Origin: Sedimentisphaerales bacterium | GTDB taxonomy: Bacteria > Planctomycetota > Phycisphaerae > Sedimentisphaerales > SM23-30 | Assembly: GCA_963666285.1 (NCBI GenBank) | Contig: OY762711.1 | Reading direction: 5' to 3' (one strand) | Length of the DNA: 64,000 nt | Shown here: piece by piece, positions 42,159 to 51,953 of the stretch | Numbering within the stretch: the first letter of the stretch is position 1 | Layout: each line of letters begins with the position of its first letter | Position numbers and translations under genes: made by a program | The notes under the pieces: model-generated | Databases searched by the model: none | The model's input: the letters and a program-made list of their open reading frames with translations, nothing else | Told to the model about the DNA's origin: nothing

Positions 42159-42755
42159 ATGGCTAAAACAGCTAAACCACGATTAAGCGGCAGTCAAACC
42201 GAAAAGAATCTGCTAACTGCATTCTGCGGCGAATCTCAGGCACGCAACAAGTATACGTATTTTGCATCTATAGCCAAGAAGGAAGGTTATGTACAAATCG
42301 CTGCTATTTTTGAAGAAACTGCCAACCAGGAAAAGGAACATGCCAAACGCTTGTTCAAGTTCATGACAAGTGGCAAGGAAGTTGAAATTACTGCGGCATT
42401 TCCCGCCGGGGCTCTTTCAACCAAGACCGAAAAGAACCTGGAAGAAGCTGCGATGGGCGAAAAATATGAATATACTACTATGTATCCGGAGTTTGCCAAG
42501 GTTGCTGCTGCTGAAGGATTTAAGGATATTGCCGGCGTAATGAAAGCTATCGCAGTTGCCGAAAAACGCCATCACGATCGCTACATTAAACTGCGTAATA
42601 ATATCCTGGCAAAGGAAGTGTTCGAAAAGAAACGCAAAGTTACTTGGATATGCCGAAATTGTGGATATGTTCATGTTGGAACAAAAGCTCCTAAACTTTG
42701 TGCTGCATGTGCACATCCTACCGCACATTTTGAACTGGAAAGCAAGAATTACTAA
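42159..42755 (+). CDS. rbr: Rubrerythrin
   Basis: GESQARNKY, EKEHA, EKRH motifs; C-terminal CRNCG...CAACAH rubredoxin-like site. Confidence 0.95.
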   Translation: MAKTAKPRLSGSQTEKNLLTAFCGESQARNKYTYFASIAKKEGYVQIAAIFEETANQEKEHAKRLFKFMTSGKEVEITAAFPAGALSTKTEKNLEEAAMGEKYEYTTMYPEFAKVAAAEGFKDIAGVMKAIAVAEKRHHDRYIKLRNNILAKEVFEKKRKVTWICRNCGYVHVGTKAPKLCAACAHPTAHFELESKNY

Positions 42756-42795
42756 GAATCTTGATATGGCTTAGGGTTTTTGATTTTTAGATATT

Positions 42796-42823
42796 AAACG
42801 CAGGTTTCGGCCTGCGTTTTTTT
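42796..42823 (+). terminator. Intrinsic terminator after rbr
   Basis: aaacgcagg-tttcgg-cctgcgttttttt. Confidence 0.85.
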
Positions 42824-42840
42824 GTATATTATGGGAGATT

Positions 42841-43209
42841 GTGAAGTTGAATATAACTAACAAGATGTTGGCAATATTGATTTGGTTTATTGTTGTTATT
42901 ATGCTGGCAACTAAGACAGATTCCTTTGGAGGGGGGTTGTTTTTTATCCCTTTTGTTATGTGGCCTCATTTAATCTCCCATATAATGATTTATAGAAGAA
43001 AAATCCTATTCAGTCAGCTGATTTTAATGATAGCTCAAGTGGGTTATTTCATATGGTTTTGCTATGTTTATAATGACATATTCTATAAGAATCTTGATCC
43101 TCAGAGTTCTATAGGGCTTATTTTTGTTGGTTTTTATGCCGCGAAAATATTAATATTTTTCTGGCTAATTGCCTGGCAGATATCTGGAAAGAAACCTATT
43201 GTTGAGTGA
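42841..43209 (+). CDS. Small hypothetical membrane protein
   Basis: About 4 TM; RBS ggag before GTG; AT-rich. Confidence 0.65.
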   Translation: MKLNITNKMLAILIWFIVVIMLATKTDSFGGGLFFIPFVMWPHLISHIMIYRRKILFSQLILMIAQVGYFIWFCYVYNDIFYKNLDPQSSIGLIFVGFYAAKILIFFWLIAWQISGKKPIVE

Positions 43210-43380
43210 AAATATAGATTGATTGCAGAGTGTTTGATAGTCATATCTTTCCTATTTTAACAGTTGCTGTCTCATATTTTTCATCAAACGCACCATTCCG
43301 CTTGAATTGGAAGTCTCTATTTGTTAAGCTAGTTTAAACAGTTTAGAGAGTTAAATACATTGGAAAGAGATGGTGATTAA

Positions 43381-44115
43381 ATGAGAATATTATCGGTCTT
43401 ATTGTTAATTGTCTTGTTGGGAAGTTATGCTTGTGCTCAAATATCTCATAATGATATTATTATTACTGAAATATTTGCCAATGCTGATGGTGCTGATGAC
43501 AATAAAGAATGGTTTGAGTTGTATAATACTACAGATTCACAGATATCGTTACTTAACCTGCAAATTGTCGATAATGATGATGATAGTCATACAATTACTA
43601 CCGGTTTAGCAATCCAGCCGCATGGCTACCTGGTGCTGGGTCAAAGTACAGATTCATCATTGAATGGTGGTGCTCCTGTTGATTATCCATATGGCACAGA
43701 TATTACCCTTGGTAACAATGATGATGAGATAATTCTCCTTTTCAATGGAATTGTAATATATTCTGTGGCCTGGGGTGATTATAAAACATCGCCTTATTCT
43801 ATTGATATGGACCTGCCATCCAGTGAGCCCTCTAAAGGTGAGAGTGTTGGTATGAATAAGACATACTATTATGGACCGGTAGACAGCTGGAAGAAGCAGG
43901 ATACAGAATTTGGAACTAATGGTGATAAAGGTAATCCTGGTGAGGACAACGAACGTGCTTTTGAGCCTGATATGAAAGATTTTGCTGATTTGGCTGCCTT
44001 CTGGTTACAGAGTGATTGCAGTGTCGATAATGATTGGTGTGATTTTTCTGATATTAACCAGGACGGCACAGCTAATATTGAAGACATGCATGAAATTGCT
44101 AAATACTGGCTGTAG
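43381..44115 (+). CDS. Lamin-tail-domain protein with dockerin-like tail
   Basis: IIITEIFAN...EWFELYN...I.PHGYLVL; C-terminal DINQDGTANIEDMHEIAKYWL. Confidence 0.8.
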   Translation: MRILSVLLLIVLLGSYACAQISHNDIIITEIFANADGADDNKEWFELYNTTDSQISLLNLQIVDNDDDSHTITTGLAIQPHGYLVLGQSTDSSLNGGAPVDYPYGTDITLGNNDDEIILLFNGIVIYSVAWGDYKTSPYSIDMDLPSSEPSKGESVGMNKTYYYGPVDSWKKQDTEFGTNGDKGNPGEDNERAFEPDMKDFADLAAFWLQSDCSVDNDWCDFSDINQDGTANIEDMHEIAKYWL

Positions 44116-44167
44116 CACTAATTCTGCAATTGCAGAATTATGATGTGTTTTTTGAAAGATATACTGT

Positions 44168-44202
44168 AAAGGCGATCTCAAACTTGAGGTTGCCTTTTTT
44201 TT
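44168..44202 (+). terminator. Intrinsic terminator
   Basis: aaggcgatctca-aact-tgaggttgcctttttttt. Confidence 0.75.
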
Positions 44203-44463
44203 ATCCTATTGCTGAAAAGCATTTTACACCACAGTGGGCCTACCATATATCAAATCGAACATAAGTGATGTAAAAACATAAATATTGTTGATGTGAAATT
44301 TTTTTATGTTTATCTTCGCTAAGTTCTTGGAATGTCTGTATTTTGGGATAAAATTGATAAATTAGGTGACAATAAAAAATTATAACGCTATAATTCAAAG
44401 CTGTTTGTATTTATTTACTTGGGGCTGCAATAACAGCGTGAACTATTGTTTTGAGGTGTTTTT

Positions 44464-44943
44464 ATGTCAAACTCATTGAGTTTATCAGAGGTTTTTCTGC
44501 TGGCAGAAAATATAGAAAAGCAGGGCCGTGAGTTTTATCTCGGAGCTGCGGCGAAGTCCGATGATCCTGTTGTCAAAGAAGTAATGACTTTTTTGGCTGA
44601 TGAGGAAACCCGGCATGAAAAGATATTTTCTGACCTGAGGCAGAAATATTTTGGTAGCCATGATATATATATGGATAACGATGATGATGAGGCTGCCAAA
44701 TATATCACGGGGCTGGTCGGTTCCCATGTTTTTAATGTTAGTAAGGATGTAGCAGAACTGCTTGGGTCTATACAAACCCCGAGGAGTGCTGTTGAAATGG
44801 CGATTAACTTTGAAAATGATACTATCAAATGCTTTACCGCGTTTAAAGGTATTGTAAAAGATGAAACAAAACTAATTGACAGGCTTATTGAAGAAGAAAA
44901 TAAGCACAAAGATAAGCTGGAGAAAGTGTTAGAACAGTTGTAA
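44464..44943 (+). CDS. Ferritin-like (rubrerythrin-family) protein
   Basis: A..IE..G..FY, EETRHE, AINFE, EENKH diiron motifs. Confidence 0.85.
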   Translation: MSNSLSLSEVFLLAENIEKQGREFYLGAAAKSDDPVVKEVMTFLADEETRHEKIFSDLRQKYFGSHDIYMDNDDDEAAKYITGLVGSHVFNVSKDVAELLGSIQTPRSAVEMAINFENDTIKCFTAFKGIVKDETKLIDRLIEEENKHKDKLEKVLEQL

Positions 44944-44994
44944 TGTTTGCGGCCTTGTTTTAGATGAAATGGCCGCGTAGATAGAAAGGGCATA

Positions 44995-46188
44995 ATGAAA
45001 AGCGTTGAGATAAAACCGGGAATATACTGGGTTGGTTATGTGGATTGGAATATTAGGAATTTCCATGGATATCAGACTCACAGAGGCACCACTTATAACG
45101 CATATCTTGTCGTTGATGAAAAGATAGCTTTGATTGATTCTGTTAAGAAAGGGTATGGAGCTAACCTTTTAGAAAAAGTTGCTGAGATTATTGATCCAAC
45201 TAAAATTGATTACATTATCTCTAACCATACCGAGCCTGATCATAGCAGTGAGTTGCTTAAGATATCTGAAATTGCAGTAAATGCTAAAGTGATTGCTACC
45301 AAAAAAGGGGCGGCCGGCCTGAAGAAGTATTTTAAGTCTGACTGGGATATTACTGAGGTAAAGACTGGTGACAGTATATCTTTGGGTAAGAGAACTCTTG
45401 AGTTTATTAGTACTCCGATGCTGCACTGGCCTGATTCAATGTTTACTTATATGCCGGAAGAAAAACTTCTCTTTTCGATGGATGCGTTTGGTCAGCACCT
45501 GGCGACCAGCTTCAGGTTTAACGATGAAGTTGATGAAAATGTGATAATGGAAGAGGCTAAAGTTTATTATGCCAATATTATTATGCACCTTGGTTCTATT
45601 GTCAAAAAGACCCTGAAAGCTGCCGAGGGTATGGCTATCGAAATGATTGCACCCAGTCATGGTGTTATCTTCCGTAAGGATCTTGGTAAAATTATCAGCA
45701 GATACCAGGAATGGGCTGTTTTCAAACCGAAACCCAAATTACTGGTCATTTATGATACCATGTGGCAGAGTACCGAGTTGATAGCTAACGAAATAGCCCT
45801 CGGCGCGATTGAGCAGGGTATAGAGGTTAAAAAACTGTCTGTTCAGTCAAATGATATTACACATCTGGCGACTGAAATGCTGGATGCTGCTGCGGTTGCA
45901 ATTGGTTCACCAACATTGAATAATGGTCTGCTGCCAACTGTTGCCGAATTTTTGACATATATCAAAGGCTTGCGTCCCGGCAATAAGCTCGGTTTTGCCT
46001 TTGGCTCTCATGGTTGGGCCGGTGGTGCGGTTGAGCTGGTTGAGGAAGTCTTGAAAGATATTGGGACAGAGCTGACCAGTGAGGGAATCAGGGTCCAGTA
46101 TCGCCCTACAGCTGAAGAGCTGGCAGTATGCCGTCAGGCCGGGGTAGATTTAGCTAAAAAGGCATTAGAGAAAGTTAAAGCTTTCTAA
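44995..46188 (+). CDS. fprA: Flavodiiron protein (FprA/ROO type)
   Basis: GTTYNAYL, HTEPDHS, LHWPDSM, DAFGQH, PSHG motifs; flavodoxin domain GSPTLN, FGSHGW. Confidence 0.95.
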   Translation: MKSVEIKPGIYWVGYVDWNIRNFHGYQTHRGTTYNAYLVVDEKIALIDSVKKGYGANLLEKVAEIIDPTKIDYIISNHTEPDHSSELLKISEIAVNAKVIATKKGAAGLKKYFKSDWDITEVKTGDSISLGKRTLEFISTPMLHWPDSMFTYMPEEKLLFSMDAFGQHLATSFRFNDEVDENVIMEEAKVYYANIIMHLGSIVKKTLKAAEGMAIEMIAPSHGVIFRKDLGKIISRYQEWAVFKPKPKLLVIYDTMWQSTELIANEIALGAIEQGIEVKKLSVQSNDITHLATEMLDAAAVAIGSPTLNNGLLPTVAEFLTYIKGLRPGNKLGFAFGSHGWAGGAVELVEEVLKDIGTELTSEGIRVQYRPTAEELAVCRQAGVDLAKKALEKVKAF

Positions 46189-46210
46189 GGTTGTTTTCCG
46201 ATTAAGTGTT

Positions 46211-46394
46211 TGTTTGCTTTCGAAGTTTTTAAGTTGTAAAAATCGCCTTAAAGGGCCTTCCTGCAACACTTTGAATTTAATACACTTTAGAAAATTAGCT
46301 TGAAAACACAATTAAATATAATGTTTTTCATTCACAAGGCCCTGTTCCGGCCTTTGCGTGTAATGTTGAATAGTCAAAAGTGCGAAGTCGCACT
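46211..46394. repeat. Dispersed MITE-like element, copy D (184 bp; copy A type with ~18 bp deletion)
   Basis: Aligns with copy A including the AT-rich middle; terminal hairpin agtgcg-aagt-cgcact. Confidence 0.88.
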
Positions 46395-46529
46395 GTTAGT
46401 AGATGAATACAATATGTCTGGATGTTGGAAATATGAAATTTCCACATCCAGGCGTATAGAAAATATATATAGCTTAAAATTTGTTTTATTAGTTTTGTTG
46501 ATTCCGATTTGATCGGAAGGGGGCTTTGG

Positions 46530-48035
46530 ATGGATTACCCGGTATTTTCTATACCTCTTCTGGGCGCTTCAATGCTTATTGCCATTGTTGCTATCGTTCA
46601 CGTTTATATCGCACATTTTGCCGTTGGGGCCGGTATTTTTAATGCAATATCTGAAACCTGGGCTCTAAAAAATGGCAGTCCGGCACTGCATAAGTTTCTC
46701 AAGGATAACAGCAAGTTTATTATTCTGCTGCCTTTTATTGGTGGGGCGGTAACCGGAGTAGGAATCTGGTTTACTATAGCCCTGTCAAGTCCTGAGACTG
46801 TTAATGCTTTGATCCATTTGTTTGTCTGGGGTTGGGCTATCGAATGGACTTTCTTTGTAGTTGAGATTATTTCCGGCTATATCTATTATTTCGGCTGGGA
46901 CCGAATGAGTAAAAAGGCTCATTGTTTCGTGGGCTGGATGTATGCAATATCCGCATTTTTGTCACTGGTCGTAATCAATGGTATCTTGACATTTATGCTT
47001 ACACCTGGTAATGCACTTGATAGCTCGGTGAGTCCGATGCAGTTTGACTTCTGGGCCGGTGTTTTTAATCCTTCATATTGGCCGCAACTGATTATTCGTT
47101 CGATAGGAGCACTTTCTCTGGCTGCTATGTTCTCCATGCTGCTGGTTAATCTTGGCAATCGATACAGCCAGGAAGAAAAAGATGAAGTGACAGTTTATGC
47201 CGGCAAATTCTTCATTCCATTTATTCTGCTGCTGCCGGCTGGATTATGGTTCTACTTGGCTTGTCCGGCCCTCGCTCAGCATTATCTGCAAGGCGGTTCG
47301 GTTATTATGCTGATGTTCTTTACCATGTGTGCCGGGGCAATCAGTTTGATCGGGGTATACGGCTATTGGGCGGTAGTAATTAACAAAAAGCCGGTTAGTC
47401 TGGAGATGTCAGTTTTGCTTTTGCTGCTGGCTGTTGGTGCAGCAGGCGGAGGTGAGTTTGTCCGTGAAGGCATAAGAAAGCCATATCTGATATACAATCA
47501 TATATATAGTAACGGCTTTAAGGTTGCAGATGTTGAATCTATCCAGGAAAAATGTGACAAAAGAGAGCTTGATACGATCTTGAGACTGTCACCATGGTGT
47601 GTGCAGCCGAACGATGCTGATATGTCAGATGAAGAGTTTTATGCGATGGATATTGGCGAGATGGGCAAAGAGCTGCGAGACTATCATAGCAAAATAATCA
47701 AAGGCAATTGGGTATATGATCAGCAGTGTTTGAGATGTCATAGCCTGGATGGCTATAATTCAATGAAGGCCTTGACAAAAGGCTGGTCGAAAGAAGCTAT
47801 AAGTGAGGTTACTACCAAACTCGACGAAATAAAGTTATTTATGCCTCCGTTTGTCGGAACGATACGAGACAGAGATTGTCTTAATTTTTATATCCATAGT
47901 TTGAATGGTGATTGTTCCAAATGTCATGTAAATCTGGATGAGGGCGGATTGGTTATCGATGAATCTATCAGCTATAAGGATGACGGAAAACTACGTGATG
48001 ATTATGTTCCATTTGGAAAGGAGGCAGTGAAATGA
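46530..48035 (+). CDS. Cytochrome bd subunit I (CydA)-like membrane protein fused to cytochrome c
   Basis: IVHVYIAHFAVG, WAIEWTFFVVE, EFVREGIRKPY motifs; CLRCH and CSKCH heme-c motifs. Confidence 0.8.
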   Translation: MDYPVFSIPLLGASMLIAIVAIVHVYIAHFAVGAGIFNAISETWALKNGSPALHKFLKDNSKFIILLPFIGGAVTGVGIWFTIALSSPETVNALIHLFVWGWAIEWTFFVVEIISGYIYYFGWDRMSKKAHCFVGWMYAISAFLSLVVINGILTFMLTPGNALDSSVSPMQFDFWAGVFNPSYWPQLIIRSIGALSLAAMFSMLLVNLGNRYSQEEKDEVTVYAGKFFIPFILLLPAGLWFYLACPALAQHYLQGGSVIMLMFFTMCAGAISLIGVYGYWAVVINKKPVSLEMSVLLLLLAVGAAGGGEFVREGIRKPYLIYNHIYSNGFKVADVESIQEKCDKRELDTILRLSPWCVQPNDADMSDEEFYAMDIGEMGKELRDYHSKIIKGNWVYDQQCLRCHSLDGYNSMKALTKGWSKEAISEVTTKLDEIKLFMPPFVGTIRDRDCLNFYIHSLNGDCSKCHVNLDEGGLVIDESISYKDDGKLRDDYVPFGKEAVK

Positions 48036-49162
48036 TTTTAGCTCAGACTGTTCCTACTCCGGGTTACGATTGGTTAACTCTTCCTGCTCCGGCATCTTTG
48101 TTGGAAGGTTTGTTTTTATTGACATTCTGGATCCACATGATCTTTGTCGGACTCTCGCTCGGCGGCTCGCTTATTCTCGCTGGCCGAAGCTTTTTGTTTC
48201 TGGCCAAACGCGATACAATCGAGACTCTTGACCGAAAGATGGTACGTGCAATTCCACCGATATTATCTGTTACAATTACAACCGGTATTGCTCCGCTGTT
48301 ATTTGTCCAGACCTTGTACGGCCATTTCTCATATTCCTCAAATATATTTTTGGGATATTTCTGGCTGGGTTCACTGGTATTGCTTCTGGCAGGCTTTATC
48401 TGTCTCTACCTTGCCGGCTGGCTCTGGGACTGGCAGATATCTCTTCCGGCCCTGGCGGCATTGCCGGTTTGCTTTCTCGGCATCTTGTATATTTTTACCA
48501 ACAATGCTCTCCTGACAATTCAGCCGGATCACTGGTTGGAGTTTCATCGTCATACGAGTATTATTCACGTTAAAGATGCGATTACTATTCCGCGATTACT
48601 TCACAATATTGCTTATCCGATTATGTTTGGCGGGTTATTCCTTGCATGGACCGCGAAAATATGCCGAAAAGATGATAAAACAGGCACCGAACGTGACAAT
48701 TCCGGCACAATATCTTTTGCGATGGGCTGGTTTGCCATGGGGGCAGCTGCCATTATCCTGTTTAATGGCTGGTATTATTATTCCATGCCTGAAGCATTAA
48801 AAGAAGCTCTGATTGCTGGTTTTACCGGCAAACTGATATATCTCTGGATGGCAATTACGGTTTTGACCGTTATTTGCGGCGGACTTGGCGTTATCCAGCC
48901 GGCTAAAAACCTATGGCCGTTTGCAGGTTCGGTTTTAAGCCTGGTTATACTTATTGGAATGGTTCTGGTTCGGGAGTTTATCCGTAAATGGTATCTGGCC
49001 CGCGATGTTGCCGGCAGTTTTACCATTGATAATTGGAATGTCGCTAACCAATGGTCGGCGATATTGGTATTCCTGGCCTGCCTTGTCGCGGCATTAGCTG
49101 TTGTTGGTATAATGATCGTTATGATCCTTCGCGGTAAACCAGAAGAAACATGTGAAGCTTAA
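48032..49162 (+). CDS. Polytopic membrane partner of the bd-like oxidase
   Basis: Overlapping start (atga); FWIHMIF, GIAPLLFVQTLYG, VREFIRK motifs. Confidence 0.75.
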   Translation: MILAQTVPTPGYDWLTLPAPASLLEGLFLLTFWIHMIFVGLSLGGSLILAGRSFLFLAKRDTIETLDRKMVRAIPPILSVTITTGIAPLLFVQTLYGHFSYSSNIFLGYFWLGSLVLLLAGFICLYLAGWLWDWQISLPALAALPVCFLGILYIFTNNALLTIQPDHWLEFHRHTSIIHVKDAITIPRLLHNIAYPIMFGGLFLAWTAKICRKDDKTGTERDNSGTISFAMGWFAMGAAAIILFNGWYYYSMPEALKEALIAGFTGKLIYLWMAITVLTVICGGLGVIQPAKNLWPFAGSVLSLVILIGMVLVREFIRKWYLARDVAGSFTIDNWNVANQWSAILVFLACLVAALAVVGIMIVMILRGKPEETCEA

Positions 49163-49164
49163 TT

Positions 49165-49974
49165 ATGCTTGAAGATTTAATTCATTTGATATTAACGCTG
49201 CTGGCAACTTCGGCAGCGTTTCTTTTTGGTATCTTTATATCAAAGAAAAAGCGATCTATATGGCTTACCTGGTATGTTTTTGCGTTGGCTGTGCTGGTAA
49301 CGGTAAATTTACCAAATTTTGTAGTGTCACTGTCTTATATCGAACCGTTTGATACTCTGCATTATGGCTTTATCCGTTTTGCCGCGATAGGATTTGCTAT
49401 TGCCGGTTTGTTCAGTCCGTTACTCAGGCATATTCCAGAGAAGCGATCCCGCGTACTGATTGTTATTATGGTCTGGATTTTCCAGGTTCGATACGTTCTG
49501 CTGCCGGTGGCAAGCCCCGTATTCTATCGCAGTCAGGTCGCCATGCTGCATACTAAATTTCAAGGTAATGTTTGTATGCAGACGACCGATTATACCTGTG
49601 GTCCGGCCTCGGCGGTAACGGCGCTCTGTGCGATTGGTATAACGGCAAGCGAAGCTGATATTGCGGTTGCCGCAGATACTACACCGCTGCTTGGTACTAA
49701 CGAACGTCTGCTGGCCGATGCGATTGATCAGCTTTACGGTGTGAAGTGTGAGTGCTGCTATTTTGAAGATATCGATAGTCTGAAAGGCCGGTGTCCGGTA
49801 TTAGCGGTAATAGAATACAGCTTCTGGTTTGACCATTTTGTAGCTGTTCTTGATGTTACTGATGAATATGTTCTTGTTGGCGACCCACTTAACGGTCCCT
49901 GGAAATTGAAACGGGAAGATTTCGCCGCTAAATGGCGCAAGATAGGAGTTGTCTTTATCGGTGGTGTGCTCTAA
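49165..49974 (+). CDS. Membrane-anchored C39-like cysteine peptidase
   Basis: Four N-terminal TM; QTTDYTCGPA, HFVAV, VGDP catalytic-type motifs. Confidence 0.8.
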   Translation: MLEDLIHLILTLLATSAAFLFGIFISKKKRSIWLTWYVFALAVLVTVNLPNFVVSLSYIEPFDTLHYGFIRFAAIGFAIAGLFSPLLRHIPEKRSRVLIVIMVWIFQVRYVLLPVASPVFYRSQVAMLHTKFQGNVCMQTTDYTCGPASAVTALCAIGITASEADIAVAADTTPLLGTNERLLADAIDQLYGVKCECCYFEDIDSLKGRCPVLAVIEYSFWFDHFVAVLDVTDEYVLVGDPLNGPWKLKREDFAAKWRKIGVVFIGGVL

Positions 49975-50534
49975 TACTCTATCCCTTTTCTCGCCTGTAT
50001 CCCATTTGCATATGGGTGTTTGACCTCTTTCATTTCTGTTACAAGGTCGGCCAGCTCTATTATCTTCTCATCTGCACCTCTTCCTGTCATTACCAGTTCG
50101 GTGTGGGCAGCTTTGAGTTTGGTAAGAGATTTGATAGTGTCATAATCTACCAGCTTCATACTGTAACAAACGATAATCTCATCAAGGATTATTAGGTCAT
50201 ACAATCCACTCTTAAGTAGCTTTTTAGTTTTTTCAATTGCTTCGTGGATACGAACTGCGGCCATTTTTTTCTGGTCCGGGTCATCTGCCTTTGCCATATT
50301 CCAATGATAATCTGCCCTGTCATGGCAGAAACGATTGGTTATATCGTTACCGATTATTTCTGATAGAGCAGATTCGCCGGTTACCATATCAGCCGGCTTT
50401 AGAAACTGACAGATATAAACGCTGCCGCCGCGACCCAGCATCCGCCAGCATAGCCCGAAAGCAGCTGTCGTTTTGCCCTTGCCTGATCCTGTATAAACCT
50501 GGATAAGCCCTTTATCTAATATTTTCTTATTCAT
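49971..50534 (-). CDS. cobO: Cob(I)alamin adenosyltransferase (CobO/BtuR)
   Basis: VYTGSGKGKTTAAFG, QFLK, LDEI, TGRGA, ADLVTEM..VKHP, GIEY motifs. Confidence 0.93.
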   Translation of the reverse strand: MNKKILDKGLIQVYTGSGKGKTTAAFGLCWRMLGRGGSVYICQFLKPADMVTGESALSEIIGNDITNRFCHDRADYHWNMAKADDPDQKKMAAVRIHEAIEKTKKLLKSGLYDLIILDEIIVCYSMKLVDYDTIKSLTKLKAAHTELVMTGRGADEKIIELADLVTEMKEVKHPYANGIQARKGIEY

Positions 50535-50953
50535 TATCTATAATGGTAATGAATAACTCATAATGTGTAAAGTAAGTATTTCCTTAAGTCTTATAATATA
50601 TGATCTTGTGAAACAGTATGTTAAACCGTGCTTGAATATTGTAGTTTATAACGATTGTCTGGTCTGGTAGCCTGTAATTTTGAGTTTCTTTTCTATAATT
50701 ATGGCCAGGTTCGTGGATTTTGTCTGATTAAGATTATACTTTTTAATTAGAAAACCATATCCATATGAGGAATGTGCCTGTAAGTTATACCCCTTGCTTG
50801 TTTATTTGTTTTGCGATTGGTGTTTGTACGTCTATCGCAAATAGGAGCCTGGGGTACGGGAAAAGGTATGTCACGGATGAGGTATCAGTACGAACGGTCA
50901 TGGAAGATCCATATTATGAGATAAAGCATGTATTGCATATAAAGGAGAGTTCT

Positions 50954-51772
50954 ATGGCTAAAATGACATGCAGGAAAGGGTTTACCCTTATTGAGTTGCT
51001 GGTTGTGGTGTGTGTGATTGGCTTACTTGCCGCGATCCTGACACCGACTTTCACCATGGCTCGTGACAGTGCGATGACTGCATATTGCAAGTCTAAACTT
51101 GGGCATCTGGGCCAGGCATATAGTACATACCTGGACGACAATAACGGGAGATTTCAAAAAGGATATTGCCTCGATAATTGCACCAATGATAGTGTAGTAA
51201 GCAAAAAAGATGTCTGGTTTGGGGCTCTGGAAAATTACTACGATGACAAAAGCTACCTCTTATGTCCTCAGGCTGAACTAACTGAGCTGGAAGGTGGGCA
51301 TTATCCGGATATGGCCTGGCAAATTCGTAACTCCGGTAAGTTTCGCGAGCTGGTAGATAATGATCTGGATAAGGGCAGCTACTGTTTGAACTGGTGGGTA
51401 AACAGTAATAGTGGCAACAACGTAAACTGCCGGTATAAGTGGGAAATGATTCCTTCTGAAAATTGTTCTAATATTCCGGTGTTGGCTGATGGTGGTGATT
51501 TTACCGCGGCAGTCAGAAGTGACTACAGCCATATACCTTATAAGAATCCGATTGACAGTTCTTTGACTGAAAGGGATTTTAAGAATAATTGCTTTGGTAT
51601 AAATAAGTTTCTTATGAAGCGTCATGGCGGCGGGGTTAACGTACTGTTTATGGACTGGTCTGTAAGGACAATTACTTTAATGGACTTATATTCATTAAAC
51701 TGGCATAAAGAATATAAACCGGTAAGCCAATGTGATGCTACCTGGCAATGGCCGGATTGGATTGATGATTAG
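50954..51772 (+). CDS. Prepilin-type N-terminal cleavage / H-X9-DG-like domain protein
   Basis: KGFTLIELLVV; RHGGGVNVLFMDWSV; RBS aaggag before ATG 50954. Confidence 0.9.
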   Translation: MAKMTCRKGFTLIELLVVVCVIGLLAAILTPTFTMARDSAMTAYCKSKLGHLGQAYSTYLDDNNGRFQKGYCLDNCTNDSVVSKKDVWFGALENYYDDKSYLLCPQAELTELEGGHYPDMAWQIRNSGKFRELVDNDLDKGSYCLNWWVNSNSGNNVNCRYKWEMIPSENCSNIPVLADGGDFTAAVRSDYSHIPYKNPIDSSLTERDFKNNCFGINKFLMKRHGGGVNVLFMDWSVRTITLMDLYSLNWHKEYKPVSQCDATWQWPDWIDD

Positions 51773-51798
51773 TGAAAATATAATGTAGAATGTATTAT

Positions 51799-51953
51799 AG
51801 TTAACTTTCGCAGTGTTTTAGTTGCAATAACGAAGTGCCTGTGGTAAATCGCTTAAAAGGGCCTTCCGGTAATACTTTTAATTTTAAACAAAGCGTCAGA
51901 AGACCTGTCCTGTGCTAGTCGAAGGATAGCCGAACACCTTAATTTTTCACTTT
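51799..51953. repeat. Dispersed MITE-like element, copy E (left arm and middle only, different inserted module)
   Basis: agttaactttcgcagtgttttagttgcaataacgaagtgcctgtggtaaatcgcttaaaagggccttcc...; ends at the UbiA gene stop. Confidence 0.85.

Noticed and set aside
50765..50953. Extended N-termini given by the ORF track (also rpmE to 37282, mnmG to 58870)
   Set aside because: Downstream starts have a better RBS and/or match family N-termini
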